A stretch of DNA of 64,000 bases. Source: Myxococcota bacterium (lineage in GTDB: Bacteria; Myxococcota_A; UBA9160; UBA6930). The stretch is from positions 832,001 through 896,000 of the forward strand of contig OZ245015.1 in the NCBI GenBank assembly GCA_965223705.1, given 5' to 3'. This document shows, piece by piece, positions 20,501 to 31,000 of the stretch. Made by a program: the position numbers and the translations under genes. A model generated the notes under the pieces. That model had not been told where the DNA came from and made no database searches. It saw only the letters and a program-made list of their open reading frames with translations. Position 1 is the stretch's first letter, and every line of letters begins with the position of its first letter.

Positions 20501-21463
20501 ATGAGGCGTCGTTCCATCGGCTACCCGCTCGCGTTGGGCATCACGCTCGCGGTGGTGGCGGGAGCGCTTGCGGTCGGATGGCAACTGCTCGTTGTCGGCG
20601 AGCTCGAACCGGTGACGCGTGGCCTGACGCCACTCCACTGGACCCTGGTCATCCTCGGTTCGGTGTTCTTCGTCTTGCTGATCGTCGGCCTGCTTCTCCT
20701 CTGCGCCTGGCTCGTGCGAGAAATGCGCGTGAATCAGCGCCAAGAAGCGTTTCTCGACGCGGTGACCCACGAGATGAAAACGCCGCTGGCCTCTTTGCGT
20801 CTGTACCTCGACACCTTAGAGCGTCGCGATCCCTCGCCCGAACGCCGTCGCGTTTTCGTCGAGCGAATGGGCCAGGATATCGAGAGGCTCGAACGCACGG
20901 TCCAGCAAGTGCTCGTCGTCGCGCGCGCGGAGGGCGCCCAGAAAGCTCGTTTCGAGTCCGTCGATCTTGCCGCGGTCATTGGGGAGTGCATCGACGAGCT
21001 CGAACAGCGCCATGAATCAGCGGAGCATTCCGTTGCGCTTCGTGTCGACGGCCCGGGTTTCGTGTGGGGGAGCCGGGAAGAGTTGGTGGTCATCTTTCGA
21101 AATCTGCTGGCGAACGCCATCAAGTATTCGTCTCCAGGTTCTCGGACCGAGGTTTCGGTCGAGCCACGCGGTGAGGATCGCGTGCGCGTCGCTATCGCGG
21201 ACCGCGGAATCGGAATCGACCGCACAGAGCTACGCAAGATCTTCCGTCGGTTCTATCGCGCGGGTCGCGACGTTCAACAAGCGGCGGGTTTGGGGCTGGG
21301 TCTTTTCATCGTGCGCCAACTCGTGAAACGCCAGGGTGGACGCGTCGACGCGGAGAGTGAGGGGCGGGGGCAGGGAAGTTTGTTCTCGGTCACGCTTCGA
21401 ACGGCTCCAAGGGGAGGACATCAGCCAGCGCCGCGTGTACGTGCAGAAGAGGGTGTCGCGTAG
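20501..21463 (+). CDS. Membrane sensor histidine kinase (two TM helices, HisKA + HATPase)
   Basis: THEMKTPL H-box, NLLANAIKY, DRGIG, GLGLGL; GGGAGG SD. Confidence 0.93.
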   Translation: MRRRSIGYPLALGITLAVVAGALAVGWQLLVVGELEPVTRGLTPLHWTLVILGSVFFVLLIVGLLLLCAWLVREMRVNQRQEAFLDAVTHEMKTPLASLRLYLDTLERRDPSPERRRVFVERMGQDIERLERTVQQVLVVARAEGAQKARFESVDLAAVIGECIDELEQRHESAEHSVALRVDGPGFVWGSREELVVIFRNLLANAIKYSSPGSRTEVSVEPRGEDRVRVAIADRGIGIDRTELRKIFRRFYRAGRDVQQAAGLGLGLFIVRQLVKRQGGRVDAESEGRGQGSLFSVTLRTAPRGGHQPAPRVRAEEGVA

Positions 21464-22161
21464 TGTCTCGAATTCTTGTCGTCGAAGACGAGCTGCATAT
21501 CGCCGAGGGAATTCTCTTCAACCTCGAAGAGGAAGGGCACGAAGTTACGCACGTTACCGACGGCGATCAAGCCGTCGCCGCAGCCGTCACTTCGGCGTTC
21601 GACCTGGTCCTTCTCGACATCATGCTCCCCGGCATGTCGGGCTTCGAGGTGGCGCGCAAGCTCCGAGCTTCCGGCAACTACGTGCCGATTCTCATTCTCA
21701 CAGCGAAAGACGAAGCCAGCGATCTCGTTCGGGGAATCGAAGAAGGCGCGGACGATTACCTGACGAAGCCCTTCACCCTGGACGAGCTGCTCGCTCGCGT
21801 TCGCGCGTTGCTGCGTCGCCGACGTTGGGATCGCGTGCCGGACGAGCTCGAGGTCTCCGGTCCCGAGCGTTTCGGGCGAGTCGCTGTGCACTTCGATCGA
21901 TTCGAGCTCGAGACGCCGAACGATCGCATCCGATTGACCACTCGGGAAGCCGGATTGCTGCGCGCCCTCATCGATCGCGAAGGCGAAGTCGTACGGCGAG
22001 GAGAGCTCCTCGAAGGAGTGTGGGGACTGCGACCCGACACGAAGACCCGCGTCGTCGACACATTCGTGCACAGGCTCCGGCGCTATGTCGAAGAAGATCC
22101 ATCCCACCCGAAACACATTTTGTCGGTCCGTGGCCACGGTTACCGATTCGTGAGATCCTGA
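21463..22161 (+). CDS. OmpR/PhoB-family response regulator
   Basis: VVEDE, LLDIMLPG, GADDYLTKPF, winged-helix C-terminus VRGHGY. Start overlaps the kinase stop. Confidence 0.94.
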   Translation: MSRILVVEDELHIAEGILFNLEEEGHEVTHVTDGDQAVAAAVTSAFDLVLLDIMLPGMSGFEVARKLRASGNYVPILILTAKDEASDLVRGIEEGADDYLTKPFTLDELLARVRALLRRRRWDRVPDELEVSGPERFGRVAVHFDRFELETPNDRIRLTTREAGLLRALIDREGEVVRRGELLEGVWGLRPDTKTRVVDTFVHRLRRYVEEDPSHPKHILSVRGHGYRFVRS

Positions 22162-22165
22162 CGCC

Positions 22166-22942
22166 ATGTCCTCACTCCGGCTGGAAGTCACTCCCACGCT
22201 TTCCGACCCGGCGGCTGTACTCGCATTCTCCGGGTGGAATGACGCCGGCGATGCTGCGAGTTCCGCGCTTCGCTACCTGCAGGACTCAACGCAGAGCGTG
22301 ACGCTCGGGACCATCGACCCCGAAGTGTTCTTCGACTTTACGGTTCGCCGCCCCGAGGTGCGCTACGGGGAGGGGAAGGTGCGGGAAATCGAGTGGCCCG
22401 AGTTCCGCCTTCAATACGGCAACGCCGGCGTGTCGCGCGATCTCGTGACGGGGATCGGCCCGGAACCTCATCTGCGATGGCGCGAGTACTGCGATCAGTT
22501 CATCGATTTGCTTCACGAACTCGGCGTGCGCAGGGTCGCCTTGCTCGGTGCCTATTTGGCCGACGTCCTCTACTCCCTCCCGGTTCAGGTCACCGGTTTC
22601 GCCACCGATGACGAACTCATGCGAACCCTCGGGCTACAGGCATCGAGCTACGAAGGGCCGACCGGAATCGTCGGTGTCCTGTCTACGCGGTTGCGCGACG
22701 AAGGGTTTGAGGTGGCGAGTCTTTGGGCGGGCCTGCCGCACTACATCAACGCCGCTCCCAATCCGCGGGGTGCGCTGGCACTCATCCAGAAGTTGACGCG
22801 ATTCTTGAGTCTGAAGATCGACGAAGCGCCCCTCGCGAAGGCCGCCGCCGAGTACGAAGAGCGGGTCTCCGCGTTGGTCGCAAGCGATCCGGCGCTATCC
22901 GAGTACGTGAAAGAGCTGAAACGGCGCGAATTCGCGCAGTAG
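22166..22942 (+). CDS. PAC2 (proteasome assembly chaperone-like) family protein
   Basis: AFSGWNDAGDAAS, FFDFTVRRP, GPEPHLRW, YEGPTGIVG, WAGLPHY. Confidence 0.88.
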   Translation: MSSLRLEVTPTLSDPAAVLAFSGWNDAGDAASSALRYLQDSTQSVTLGTIDPEVFFDFTVRRPEVRYGEGKVREIEWPEFRLQYGNAGVSRDLVTGIGPEPHLRWREYCDQFIDLLHELGVRRVALLGAYLADVLYSLPVQVTGFATDDELMRTLGLQASSYEGPTGIVGVLSTRLRDEGFEVASLWAGLPHYINAAPNPRGALALIQKLTRFLSLKIDEAPLAKAAAEYEERVSALVASDPALSEYVKELKRREFAQ

Positions 22943-22953
22943 CGGGAAGCTCC

Positions 22954-23202
22954 TCAGAGCTCGATCGATTCTTCGATCAACATGACGGGGACGCCCTCGT
23001 CGACGACGTAGAGCACCTTGCCGTCGTCGCGGACGAGTCCTTCTTGAATCGCGGAGCCCAGTTTCTCGCCTCCCCGGTACTGAGCCGTACCCGCGCGAAC
23101 GCGTTCGTTCACGCTTTCGATTTCGCCGGCGGTCGCGGCGCGCAGGCCCTGGCGACTCTCCGGGCAGACAAGAATTTCGAGTAACTCGACATCGACGCTC
23201 AT
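22954..23202 (-). CDS. Trm112-family (UPF0434) protein
   Basis: LLEILVCP N-terminus and Y.V..GVPVML..E C-terminus. The start is moved to ATG 23202. Confidence 0.85.
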   Translation of the reverse strand: MSVDVELLEILVCPESRQGLRAATAGEIESVNERVRAGTAQYRGGEKLGSAIQEGLVRDDGKVLYVVDEGVPVMLIEESIEL

Positions 23203-23215
23203 CGGGGGTCCCTTC

Positions 23216-24436
23216 TCAACGGAGCATGCTCGAAGAATAATCGAGAATGCGCCGAGCAACGATGAGTTGATTGATCTGCTGCGTGCCTTCGTAGATGTCG
23301 TTGATCTTGGCGTCTCGCATCCACTTCTCGACCAGGAGCTTCTTGGAGTAACCGACGGGGCCGAGAAGCTCCACGGCTTTCTGCGTCACCGTGGTCACCG
23401 CGGCCCCGGCTTTCGCCTTGGCCATCGACGCTTCCAAGTTGTTTGGTTGCCCGCGGTTCATCATGCTCGCGGCTCGCCACGTGAGAAGACGCGCGGCTTG
23501 GAGTTGCGCTTCCATTTCCATGAAATCGCGCTCGACCGCCGTGAGTTCGTGAGGCGGCGCGTCGTACCGCGGCGAAATCCCGCGTTTGCCGAGCTCTTCG
23601 GCGACGACTTCGAGCGCCGCACGCCCGATGCCCACCGCCATCGCAGCCACGATGGGTCGGCTCGCGTCGAACGTCGCCATGGCCCCTTTGAAACCCTTGT
23701 CTCCCGAGCCCGACTTCCGCTGTTTCACTTCGGCGGATCCCAGCAGATGCGTTCCCGGAACGCGACAATCTTCGAGAAAGATGGTCGCGGTATCCGAAGC
23801 GCGAATGCCGAGTTTGTCTTCAACACCCGCCACGCGCATACCGGGCGTACCCGCCGGTACGACGAACGACTTGATGCCCGCGCGGCCCGCGCTTCGATCG
23901 ACCGTGGCCCAGACGACGATGAAACCGCCCTCTTGCCCAGCCGCACCTTCGCCGGCGGTACAGAAGATCTTGGTTCCATTCAAGATCCAATCGTCGCCGT
24001 CCCGGACGGCCGTCGTCTCGATCGCCGCTGCATCGGAACCGGCCGAGGGCTCGGTGATCGCCATGGCGCCCCAAATCGGCGGACCGTCGCCGCGGAATGG
24101 GGATAGGAACTGCCGTTTTTGTTCCTTCGTGCCCGCCGCCATGACGGCAGATCCGCCCAGGCCCGGAGTCGGCATCCGGAGATACAGCCCGGCGTCGCCC
24201 CAGCAGAGCTCTTCGGCTTGGACACACACCTGAACGAAACCGTCGTTCTCTCCCTCGAAGTCGCCCGCAAAACCGCTCCGGCCTTCCCGCCAATACCACT
24301 CCACCCATTCGGTCGGGAGCTCGTGCTCGAGATCGTCGTACTTGCGGGAGATGGGACGCATCTGTTCTGCGGCGACGCGCCGGAAGTGGTTCCGCGCGGC
24401 GATAGTGTTCGGCGACAGCTCAAACGAGATGGTCAT
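23216..24436 (-). CDS. Acyl-CoA dehydrogenase, FadE23-like
   Basis: MRPISRKYD, AMAITEP.AGSD, NGTKIF, KLGIRASDT, DIYEGTQQI. ATG overlaps the upstream TAA (TAATG). Confidence 0.92.
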   Translation of the reverse strand: MTISFELSPNTIAARNHFRRVAAEQMRPISRKYDDLEHELPTEWVEWYWREGRSGFAGDFEGENDGFVQVCVQAEELCWGDAGLYLRMPTPGLGGSAVMAAGTKEQKRQFLSPFRGDGPPIWGAMAITEPSAGSDAAAIETTAVRDGDDWILNGTKIFCTAGEGAAGQEGGFIVVWATVDRSAGRAGIKSFVVPAGTPGMRVAGVEDKLGIRASDTATIFLEDCRVPGTHLLGSAEVKQRKSGSGDKGFKGAMATFDASRPIVAAMAVGIGRAALEVVAEELGKRGISPRYDAPPHELTAVERDFMEMEAQLQAARLLTWRAASMMNRGQPNNLEASMAKAKAGAAVTTVTQKAVELLGPVGYSKKLLVEKWMRDAKINDIYEGTQQINQLIVARRILDYSSSMLR

Positions 24437-25521
24437 TACAGCAGAGCCAGCCCTTCGAAGGTGGTGAGCCCGCGCGCGTTGCGTAGGTGCATTTCGGGCA
24501 GGTACTCGCGGGTATACCCGTGTCCGCCAAAAACTTGTACAGCGCCGTCCGCGACTTCGAGCGCGACGCGGCACACCTGTTGGTACGCGAGTGTCGCCTC
24601 TCGGAGCGCGCTCTCGGATTGATCGAGACGCCACGCGGCTTCCCAGACCAAGAGCCTCGCGCCGTCGATTTCAATCGCCATGTCTGCGAGCTTGAACGCG
24701 ATGGCCTGCTTTGTTGCGATCGGACCGCCGAAGGCCTCACGCTCTTTGGCGTATTCGCGGGCGATCTCGTACGCCGCACGAGCGACGCCGATGCCCATCG
24801 CCGCGATGGCGACACGACTTCGCGTGATGAGGTTCGCGAGATCGAAGCGGTCTTCGCCGATGCGCACGTCGCGCGACACTTCGACGCGCTCGAACTGGAG
24901 CTCCACCGTCGGAAGTGCCTGGAGCCCCAGGTGGCGTTCGGGCGTAGCGTTGAGTCCCGGTGCGTCTCGCGGAACGACGAAGGCCGTCGGGTTCCCCTCG
25001 AGTGCTGCGACGGCGATGAAGACTTCGCCGCCGTCCTGCCATGGGACAAAGCACTTCGTGCCTTCGAGGACGTAGGACGCGCCGAGCCGTCGGGCTTCTA
25101 GGGCCGGACGAAAGGGATCCGCACCGACCCGGGGTTCGACGAGCGCGAGGGAGCCCGGGCAAAACGGTTCCGCGGCGAATCGGGGTACGAACTTCCGCTG
25201 CAGCGCGGTGTTGCCGTGGTCGACCAACGGGAAAGCACATAGAGCCGGCGAGAGAATCCCGATTGCGATCGATAGATCGCCCCAGGCCAGCTCTTCCGCG
25301 ATCAGCGCGCCGAGCACCGCCGAGCGCTCGCCGCCGCCTCCGAATTCTTCGGGAATGGCGTTTGCGACAAGGCCCAGATCGTGCGCTTGCGCCAGCGCCG
25401 CCGCCGGCAATTTTCCCGCTTCGTCCGCGCTGCGAGCCAGCGGTCGGACCTCGTTTTCCGCGAACTGACGCACGGTCTCAATGATGAGCGCCTGCTCATC
25501 ACTCGGCTCGAAATCGATCAC
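24436..25521 (-). CDS. Acyl-CoA dehydrogenase, short FadE24-like partner
   Basis: EELAWGD, REAFG.PI, QAIAFKLADM, GGHGY; ends shortly after FEG. GTG 25521 start. Confidence 0.88.
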   Translation of the reverse strand: MIDFEPSDEQALIIETVRQFAENEVRPLARSADEAGKLPAAALAQAHDLGLVANAIPEEFGGGGERSAVLGALIAEELAWGDLSIAIGILSPALCAFPLVDHGNTALQRKFVPRFAAEPFCPGSLALVEPRVGADPFRPALEARRLGASYVLEGTKCFVPWQDGGEVFIAVAALEGNPTAFVVPRDAPGLNATPERHLGLQALPTVELQFERVEVSRDVRIGEDRFDLANLITRSRVAIAAMGIGVARAAYEIAREYAKEREAFGGPIATKQAIAFKLADMAIEIDGARLLVWEAAWRLDQSESALREATLAYQQVCRVALEVADGAVQVFGGHGYTREYLPEMHLRNARGLTTFEGLALL

Positions 25522-25529
25522 GGTAGTGC

Positions 25530-26762
25530 TTAGACCCGCTCGATAACCGAGGCGACCCCCATGCCGTTGCCGATGCACATGGTGATGAGCGCGGTTTGCT
25601 TGTCCTGGCGCTCGAGTTCGTCGAGCGCCGTTCCCATCAGCATCGCTCCGGTCGCTCCGAGAGGGTGGCCCAAAGCGATCGCACCGCCGTTGATGTTGAC
25701 CTTCTCGTGGTCCATCCCGAGGTCGCGCATGGTTTTGAGCGGCACCGCGGCGAAGGCCTCGTTGATCTCGATCACGTCGATGTCTCCGATCGTCATCCCA
25801 GCCTTTTCAAGGGCTTTGCGGGAAGCCGGCGTCGGCGCCGTCAACATGATCACCGGCTCATCACCGGCCGTTGCCATCGAAATGATTCGCGCGCGCGGCG
25901 TGAGCCCGTTCGCTTTCGCGAACTCCGGTGAAGCCACGAGGACGGCGCTCGCACCGTCCACGATGCCCGAAGAATTTCCGGCGGTGTGGACGTGCTCGAT
26001 CTTCGCGTCGGGATAACGCGAGTTGGCCTTCTGAACGAAGCTGAGCTCGTCGCCCTTCTGGACGTATCCCCCTACACCTTCGAAAGAAGGGGGTAGTTTG
26101 CCCAGGGTTTCGATGGTGGTCTCGCCCCGCGGATGTTCGTCGCGATCGAGCACCACCTTGCCGTCGGGGCCCGTTACCGGGATCAGGCTCTTGTCGAAGC
26201 GTCCTTCTTTCTGTGCGCGCGCCGCGCGCTGCTGACTCGCGAGTGCATAGCGGTCGACATCCTCTCGCGAAAAACCCTCTCGGGCCGCGATCAAGTCGGC
26301 GGAAATGCCTTGCGGGACGAGCGGATGCAGTTCGCGCAGATGACGGTTGTGCCCGTCGATGCCCGACTTGTCTGCACCCATGGGGTGTTTGGACATCGAT
26401 TCGACACCGCCTCCAATTACGAGATCTTGCTGTCCGGCCATGACACCCATTGCGGCGAAGTTCACCGCTTGTTGGCCCGAGCCGCAGAAGCGATTGATCG
26501 TGACGCCCGTCGCCGCTTCGGCGTCCCAACCGGCGGCCAAGACGGACATGCGGGCGACGCAACCGCCCTGTTCGCCGACCGCGGTGACGCAACCGGCGAC
26601 CACGTCCTCAACCTGCTTCGGATCGAATCCGTTGCGTTGCTGCAGGGCGTTCAGGCACCCGGCCAGCAGCTCCTGGGGATGAACGCCCGACAATCCGCCG
26701 GTCTCTTTCTTGCCGCGACCTCGCGGGGTGCGCACAGCGTCGATAATCCAGGCCTCGCCCAT
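25530..26762 (-). CDS. Acetyl-CoA C-acyltransferase (thiolase)
   Basis: [38 protein letters not shown] before ATG 26762. Confidence 0.94.
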   Translation of the reverse strand: MGEAWIIDAVRTPRGRGKKETGGLSGVHPQELLAGCLNALQQRNGFDPKQVEDVVAGCVTAVGEQGGCVARMSVLAAGWDAEAATGVTINRFCGSGQQAVNFAAMGVMAGQQDLVIGGGVESMSKHPMGADKSGIDGHNRHLRELHPLVPQGISADLIAAREGFSREDVDRYALASQQRAARAQKEGRFDKSLIPVTGPDGKVVLDRDEHPRGETTIETLGKLPPSFEGVGGYVQKGDELSFVQKANSRYPDAKIEHVHTAGNSSGIVDGASAVLVASPEFAKANGLTPRARIISMATAGDEPVIMLTAPTPASRKALEKAGMTIGDIDVIEINEAFAAVPLKTMRDLGMDHEKVNINGGAIALGHPLGATGAMLMGTALDELERQDKQTALITMCIGNGMGVASVIERV

Positions 26763-26937
26763 TTCCAGATTCTCCTCGATGAATTTTTCGGTCGGTTGCG
26801 ATGAGCCCGGCGATGGCGGCTCAGGGGGGTGGGCCGGGCCTCTCGTGAAGGTCGGCGTGGGCTGTCGCGCCACGCCGCGAATTTCAACCCCACATCTTAC
26901 CAGGTCCCGTTTTGGGCTGCATGACACGGAATCCCGC

Positions 26938-26964
26938 TTGACTCACGCTTTCGCACGTTCTAAT
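26938..26964 (+). promoter_or_regulatory. Possible sigma70-like promoter upstream of the act operon
   Basis: TTGACT (26938-26943) and TCTAAT (26959-26964), but the spacer is only 15 nt. Confidence 0.25.
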
Positions 26965-27183
26965 CAAAACCCGCGAACGCTCCGTTCGAGGGCTCGGGGA
27001 CACCTATGGTGTCGGCCTAGCTCCACGAAGAAGGCGCCGCGCGCCAGTCCCGCCCCGCGCTCCTGCGATGTCCGAAGTGTGCTGGGGACGGGTGCAGCGC
27101 GTTGCGCCGTCTTTTGCTGCCGAGGGGTTCTTAGCCCCGGGCAGCGCGAATGAGCGGGGACGAGGGAGGAGGAGCCCGATCCC

Positions 27184-27981
27184 ATGCGTGCCGAGGGAGA
27201 GGACCGCGAGCAGAGAGCTCACGTCCGTCCGCACTCCGAGCTGAAAGCTCGGGGCTGCGAGGACCGCAAAATCAACCGAGGCGTGGTCGCCGCGGCCGCA
27301 GTCGGGGCGCTGCTGGTCTCGTGGCTCGCGTCGGGTTCGCTCAGTCCGGCCGAGGCCGGGGCGGAGCTGCGCGCAAACAGTGTTTGTGAAGCGCAAGAGC
27401 TGAAGGCCCAAAAAGAGGCCGACCCGCACCTCGAAATCGTGATCCCGCCGGAGTACGACAAGCCATTCCCGTCGCTGTCGGCATGCCGCTCCCACGATCT
27501 CGCGTGGGACCCCGACGCGCCCGGTCCCCTTCAGCCAATTCCCTTTAGCCACGCGCACCACGCCGGCGAGTTCGAGATCGAGTGCCTTTACTGCCACTCG
27601 GGAACCGACCGGTCGCGGGCCGCCGGTGTTCCGTCCGTCGAATTGTGCATGGGCTGCCACAACGCTTTCTCCAAGGACTACGACGAACTCGAAGGCATTC
27701 GAATTCTGAAACAGCACTGGGAAGAAAAGAAACCGATCGAGTGGAAGCAGATTCATCGTCTGCCGGAACACGCCAAGTTCCGCCACAACCGCCACGTCAA
27801 AGCCGGGGTCGAGTGCCAGACGTGCCACGGCCCCGTCGAAGAGCTCGACAAGCTCTACCTGGTCCCCGACACGAACGCCGGCCCGACGCTGCTTCCCACC
27901 AAGAAGCTCGAAATGGGCTGGTGCATCAACTGCCACCGCGAGAACGGCGTCTCGCAGGATTGTCTCACCTGCCACTACTAG
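27184..27981 (+). CDS. actA: Alternative complex III pentaheme cytochrome c subunit
   Basis: QPIPFSHAHH and five CxxCH motifs (CLYCH, CMGCH, CQTCH, CINCH, CLTCH), MGWC; first gene of the operon. Start uncertain. Confidence 0.88.
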   Translation: MRAEGEDREQRAHVRPHSELKARGCEDRKINRGVVAAAAVGALLVSWLASGSLSPAEAGAELRANSVCEAQELKAQKEADPHLEIVIPPEYDKPFPSLSACRSHDLAWDPDAPGPLQPIPFSHAHHAGEFEIECLYCHSGTDRSRAAGVPSVELCMGCHNAFSKDYDELEGIRILKQHWEEKKPIEWKQIHRLPEHAKFRHNRHVKAGVECQTCHGPVEELDKLYLVPDTNAGPTLLPTKKLEMGWCINCHRENGVSQDCLTCHY

Positions 27982-28008
27982 GCAGGCAACGTCGTTCGAG
28001 GGAAACGC

Positions 28009-31000
28009 ATGCCCGAAATTGCTCGCCGTGACTTTCTGAAGCTGGTCGGTACCAGCGCCGGTGCGGCCGCCGCCGCAGGTTGTTCAGACCACGTCACGAA
28101 TCTGATTCCGTACGTTGTGCAACCCGAGGAGATCACGCCCGGACTGCCGGTGTACTACGCATCGACGTGTCGTGAGTGCCCGGCCGGTTGCGGGATCCAT
28201 GTGAAGACCCGTGAGGGCCGCCCGGTCCTCATCGAGGGAAACCCGGATCACCCCGTCAACCGCGGTGCGCTCTGTGCCCGAGGCCAGGCGTCGATCGGAC
28301 GGACGTATCACCCGGAGCGATTCAAAGGGCCGATGCTGCGGAACGGCGACGGCGAGCTCGAGCCGATCAGTTGGGACGATGCCATCGCGCGCCTCGCGAG
28401 CGAGGTCGGCAAGAACGCGCGTTCGACCCACTTCCTCGGTTCGCATCCGGGCGAGACGCTGTCGCGCCTGATGGACGAGCTGGTCGGTGCCATGGGCGCT
28501 TCGCGAACGGTGATGGAAACGTTCGCCGACGAATCCCTTCGCGAGGCCGCGAGACAAGTATTCGGCGAAGCCGCGCTGCCGGTTTTTGACTTGAGTGACG
28601 CCGATCTGGTGATCGATTTCGGCAACGAGTTGCTCGACACGGGCCTCTCACCCACCGAGCACCAGCGCCAGCTGGCCGACGCCCGCGATCCCGATAAACA
28701 CGAACACGGCGGCGCCCGGTTGGTCTACGTCGGTTCCCGCCTTTCACTGACGGCCTCGAGCGCCGACGAATGGCTCCCGGCCGTGCCCGGGACCGAGGGC
28801 ATGCTCGCGCTCGCGCTGGCCCAGGTGGCGATGAGCGCCGGCGGTGACACGTCGCTGGCAACGGCCGTGGGATCCGTCGACGTCAACAGCGTGGCGCAAT
28901 CGTCAGGCGTTCCCGCGGACACTATCGAGCGTATCGGTCGCGCGATTGCCAAGGGCAAACGCGTCGTCGCGCTGCCGCCGGGACCGGCGGTCAAGAGCCG
29001 ACGCGCGATCGGGGCGACCGCTGCGGTGCTGGTGCTGAACGCCGTCGCCGGTGCTCTCGGTCGGGGCATGACCCTCTCATCCGCGGGCGATCGCGGTCGA
29101 CCGAACTACCGCGACGTCTTGGCCCTGGTGAAGCAGATGCAGGACGGAGCGGCTTCGGTGCTTTTCGTGCATGGCGCGAATCCCGTCTACGCGCTCCCGA
29201 AAGCCGCCGGTTTTGCAGAAGCGCTCGCGAAGGTGGGCTTCGTCGTTTCCACCGCAAGCGCGCCGGACGATACGACCGCCCACGCGCATCTCATCTTGCC
29301 GGACCACACCCCCCTCGAGAGCTGGGGGGATGTGTCGCCCCGCGACGGTGTCCGCGACCTGGTTCAGCCTTCGATCCGTCCTCTCTACGACACCCGCTCG
29401 CTCGGCGACGTATTGCTCGCCACCGCACGCGCGATCGGCGGCAGCGCGGCGGCAGCCGCGCCGGAAGGAGACTTCCAAGCGGTGCTGGCCAGCGCATGGG
29501 CGGACACCGACTTCCGCAAAGCCCAGGCCGACGGCGGTGTCTTCACGCAGGCACCGGCGGTGACCGCGACGCCGACCGGCGCCCCGATCGACGCTTCGCT
29601 GCCGAAGCTTTCGGGCGAAGGCGATTACACCCTGGTCGCTTTTCCGCACAGCTTCTTGTACGACGGCAGCGGCGCGGATCTCCCGTGGTTGCAGGAGATT
29701 CCCGATCCGGTGACGAGCGTCGCGTGGCAGAGTTGGGCGGAAATCAGCCTGACGACCGCGGACAAGCTCGGGGTCGAGCTCGGCGACGTCATCGCCATCG
29801 AGACTTCCGCCGGCTCGATCGAAGTCCCGGTTTATCCGCGCGGCGGGATCCGCGACGACGTCGTCGCCGTCCCGATTGGCCAGGGGCACGAACACGGTTA
29901 CTGGGCCTCAAAGACCTGCGACGGCATCCCCGGCGAGGCACGCGGCGTGAACGTGATCGACGTGCTGTCCGCCGCGGTGGACGAAAGCGGTGGACGAGCG
30001 TGGCTGACCGAGCGCGCGTCGCTCACCAACACGGGCCGCTCTCGGCGCTTGCCCATGCTTCAATGGAGTGACAACAAACGGCAGCGCCAACTCGGCGAAG
30101 TCATCGCCCTCGCGGAACTCGAAGGCGAGCATCACGGCAACGGCGCCGGGGATCATCACGGCAACGGCGCGGGCGATGATCACGGCGGCCACGGCGGCGG
30201 TCACGGGGATCATCACGAGATTCATGAGCCCTACGACGCGGCGGACGACGCGCGCGACGGCATCGAATATCGCTGGGGCATGACCGTCGATCTCGACCGC
30301 TGCAACGGCTGCAGTGCCTGCATCCAGGCGTGTTACATCGAGAACAACGTGCCGGTGGTCGGCGAGCTCGAGACCTTGCGTGTGCGTCAGATGCCCTGGA
30401 TCCGGCTCGACCGTTGGGTCGGCGAGGGTGAGCAAGATCTCCCCTACGGCCGGGTCCATCCCCAGGCCAACGGCGAAAAGCTCGGCGAGACCGACGTTCG
30501 GAATTCGCCGATGTTCTGCCAGCAGTGCGGTTCCGCGCCTTGCGAACCGGTTTGTCCGGTGATCGCGACGTACACCAACGACGAAGGCCTGAACGCCATG
30601 GTGTACAACCGCTGCATCGGCACGCGCTATTGCGCGAACAACTGCCCGTACAAGGTCCGACGCTTCAACTACTTCGACAATCAGATCACCAAGATCCCCG
30701 AGCCGATGCACCTCATGCTGAACCCGGACGTCACGGTCCGCGGCCAAGGCGTGATGGAGAAATGCACGTTCTGCGTGCAGCGGATCCAGGCGGCGAGGCA
30801 GACGGCCAAGGACGAGGGCCGGATGATCGAAGACAGCGAAGTGAAAACGGCCTGTCAGCGCGCGTGCGGGGCCGGAGCGATCGACTTCGGCAACCTGCGC
30901 GCGTCGGGAACACCGTTCCGCAAGAAATTCGACGATCCGAAGCGCGGCTACCACGCGCTCCACGTTCTCAACACTCGCCCCGCGGTCACCTACTTGAAGA

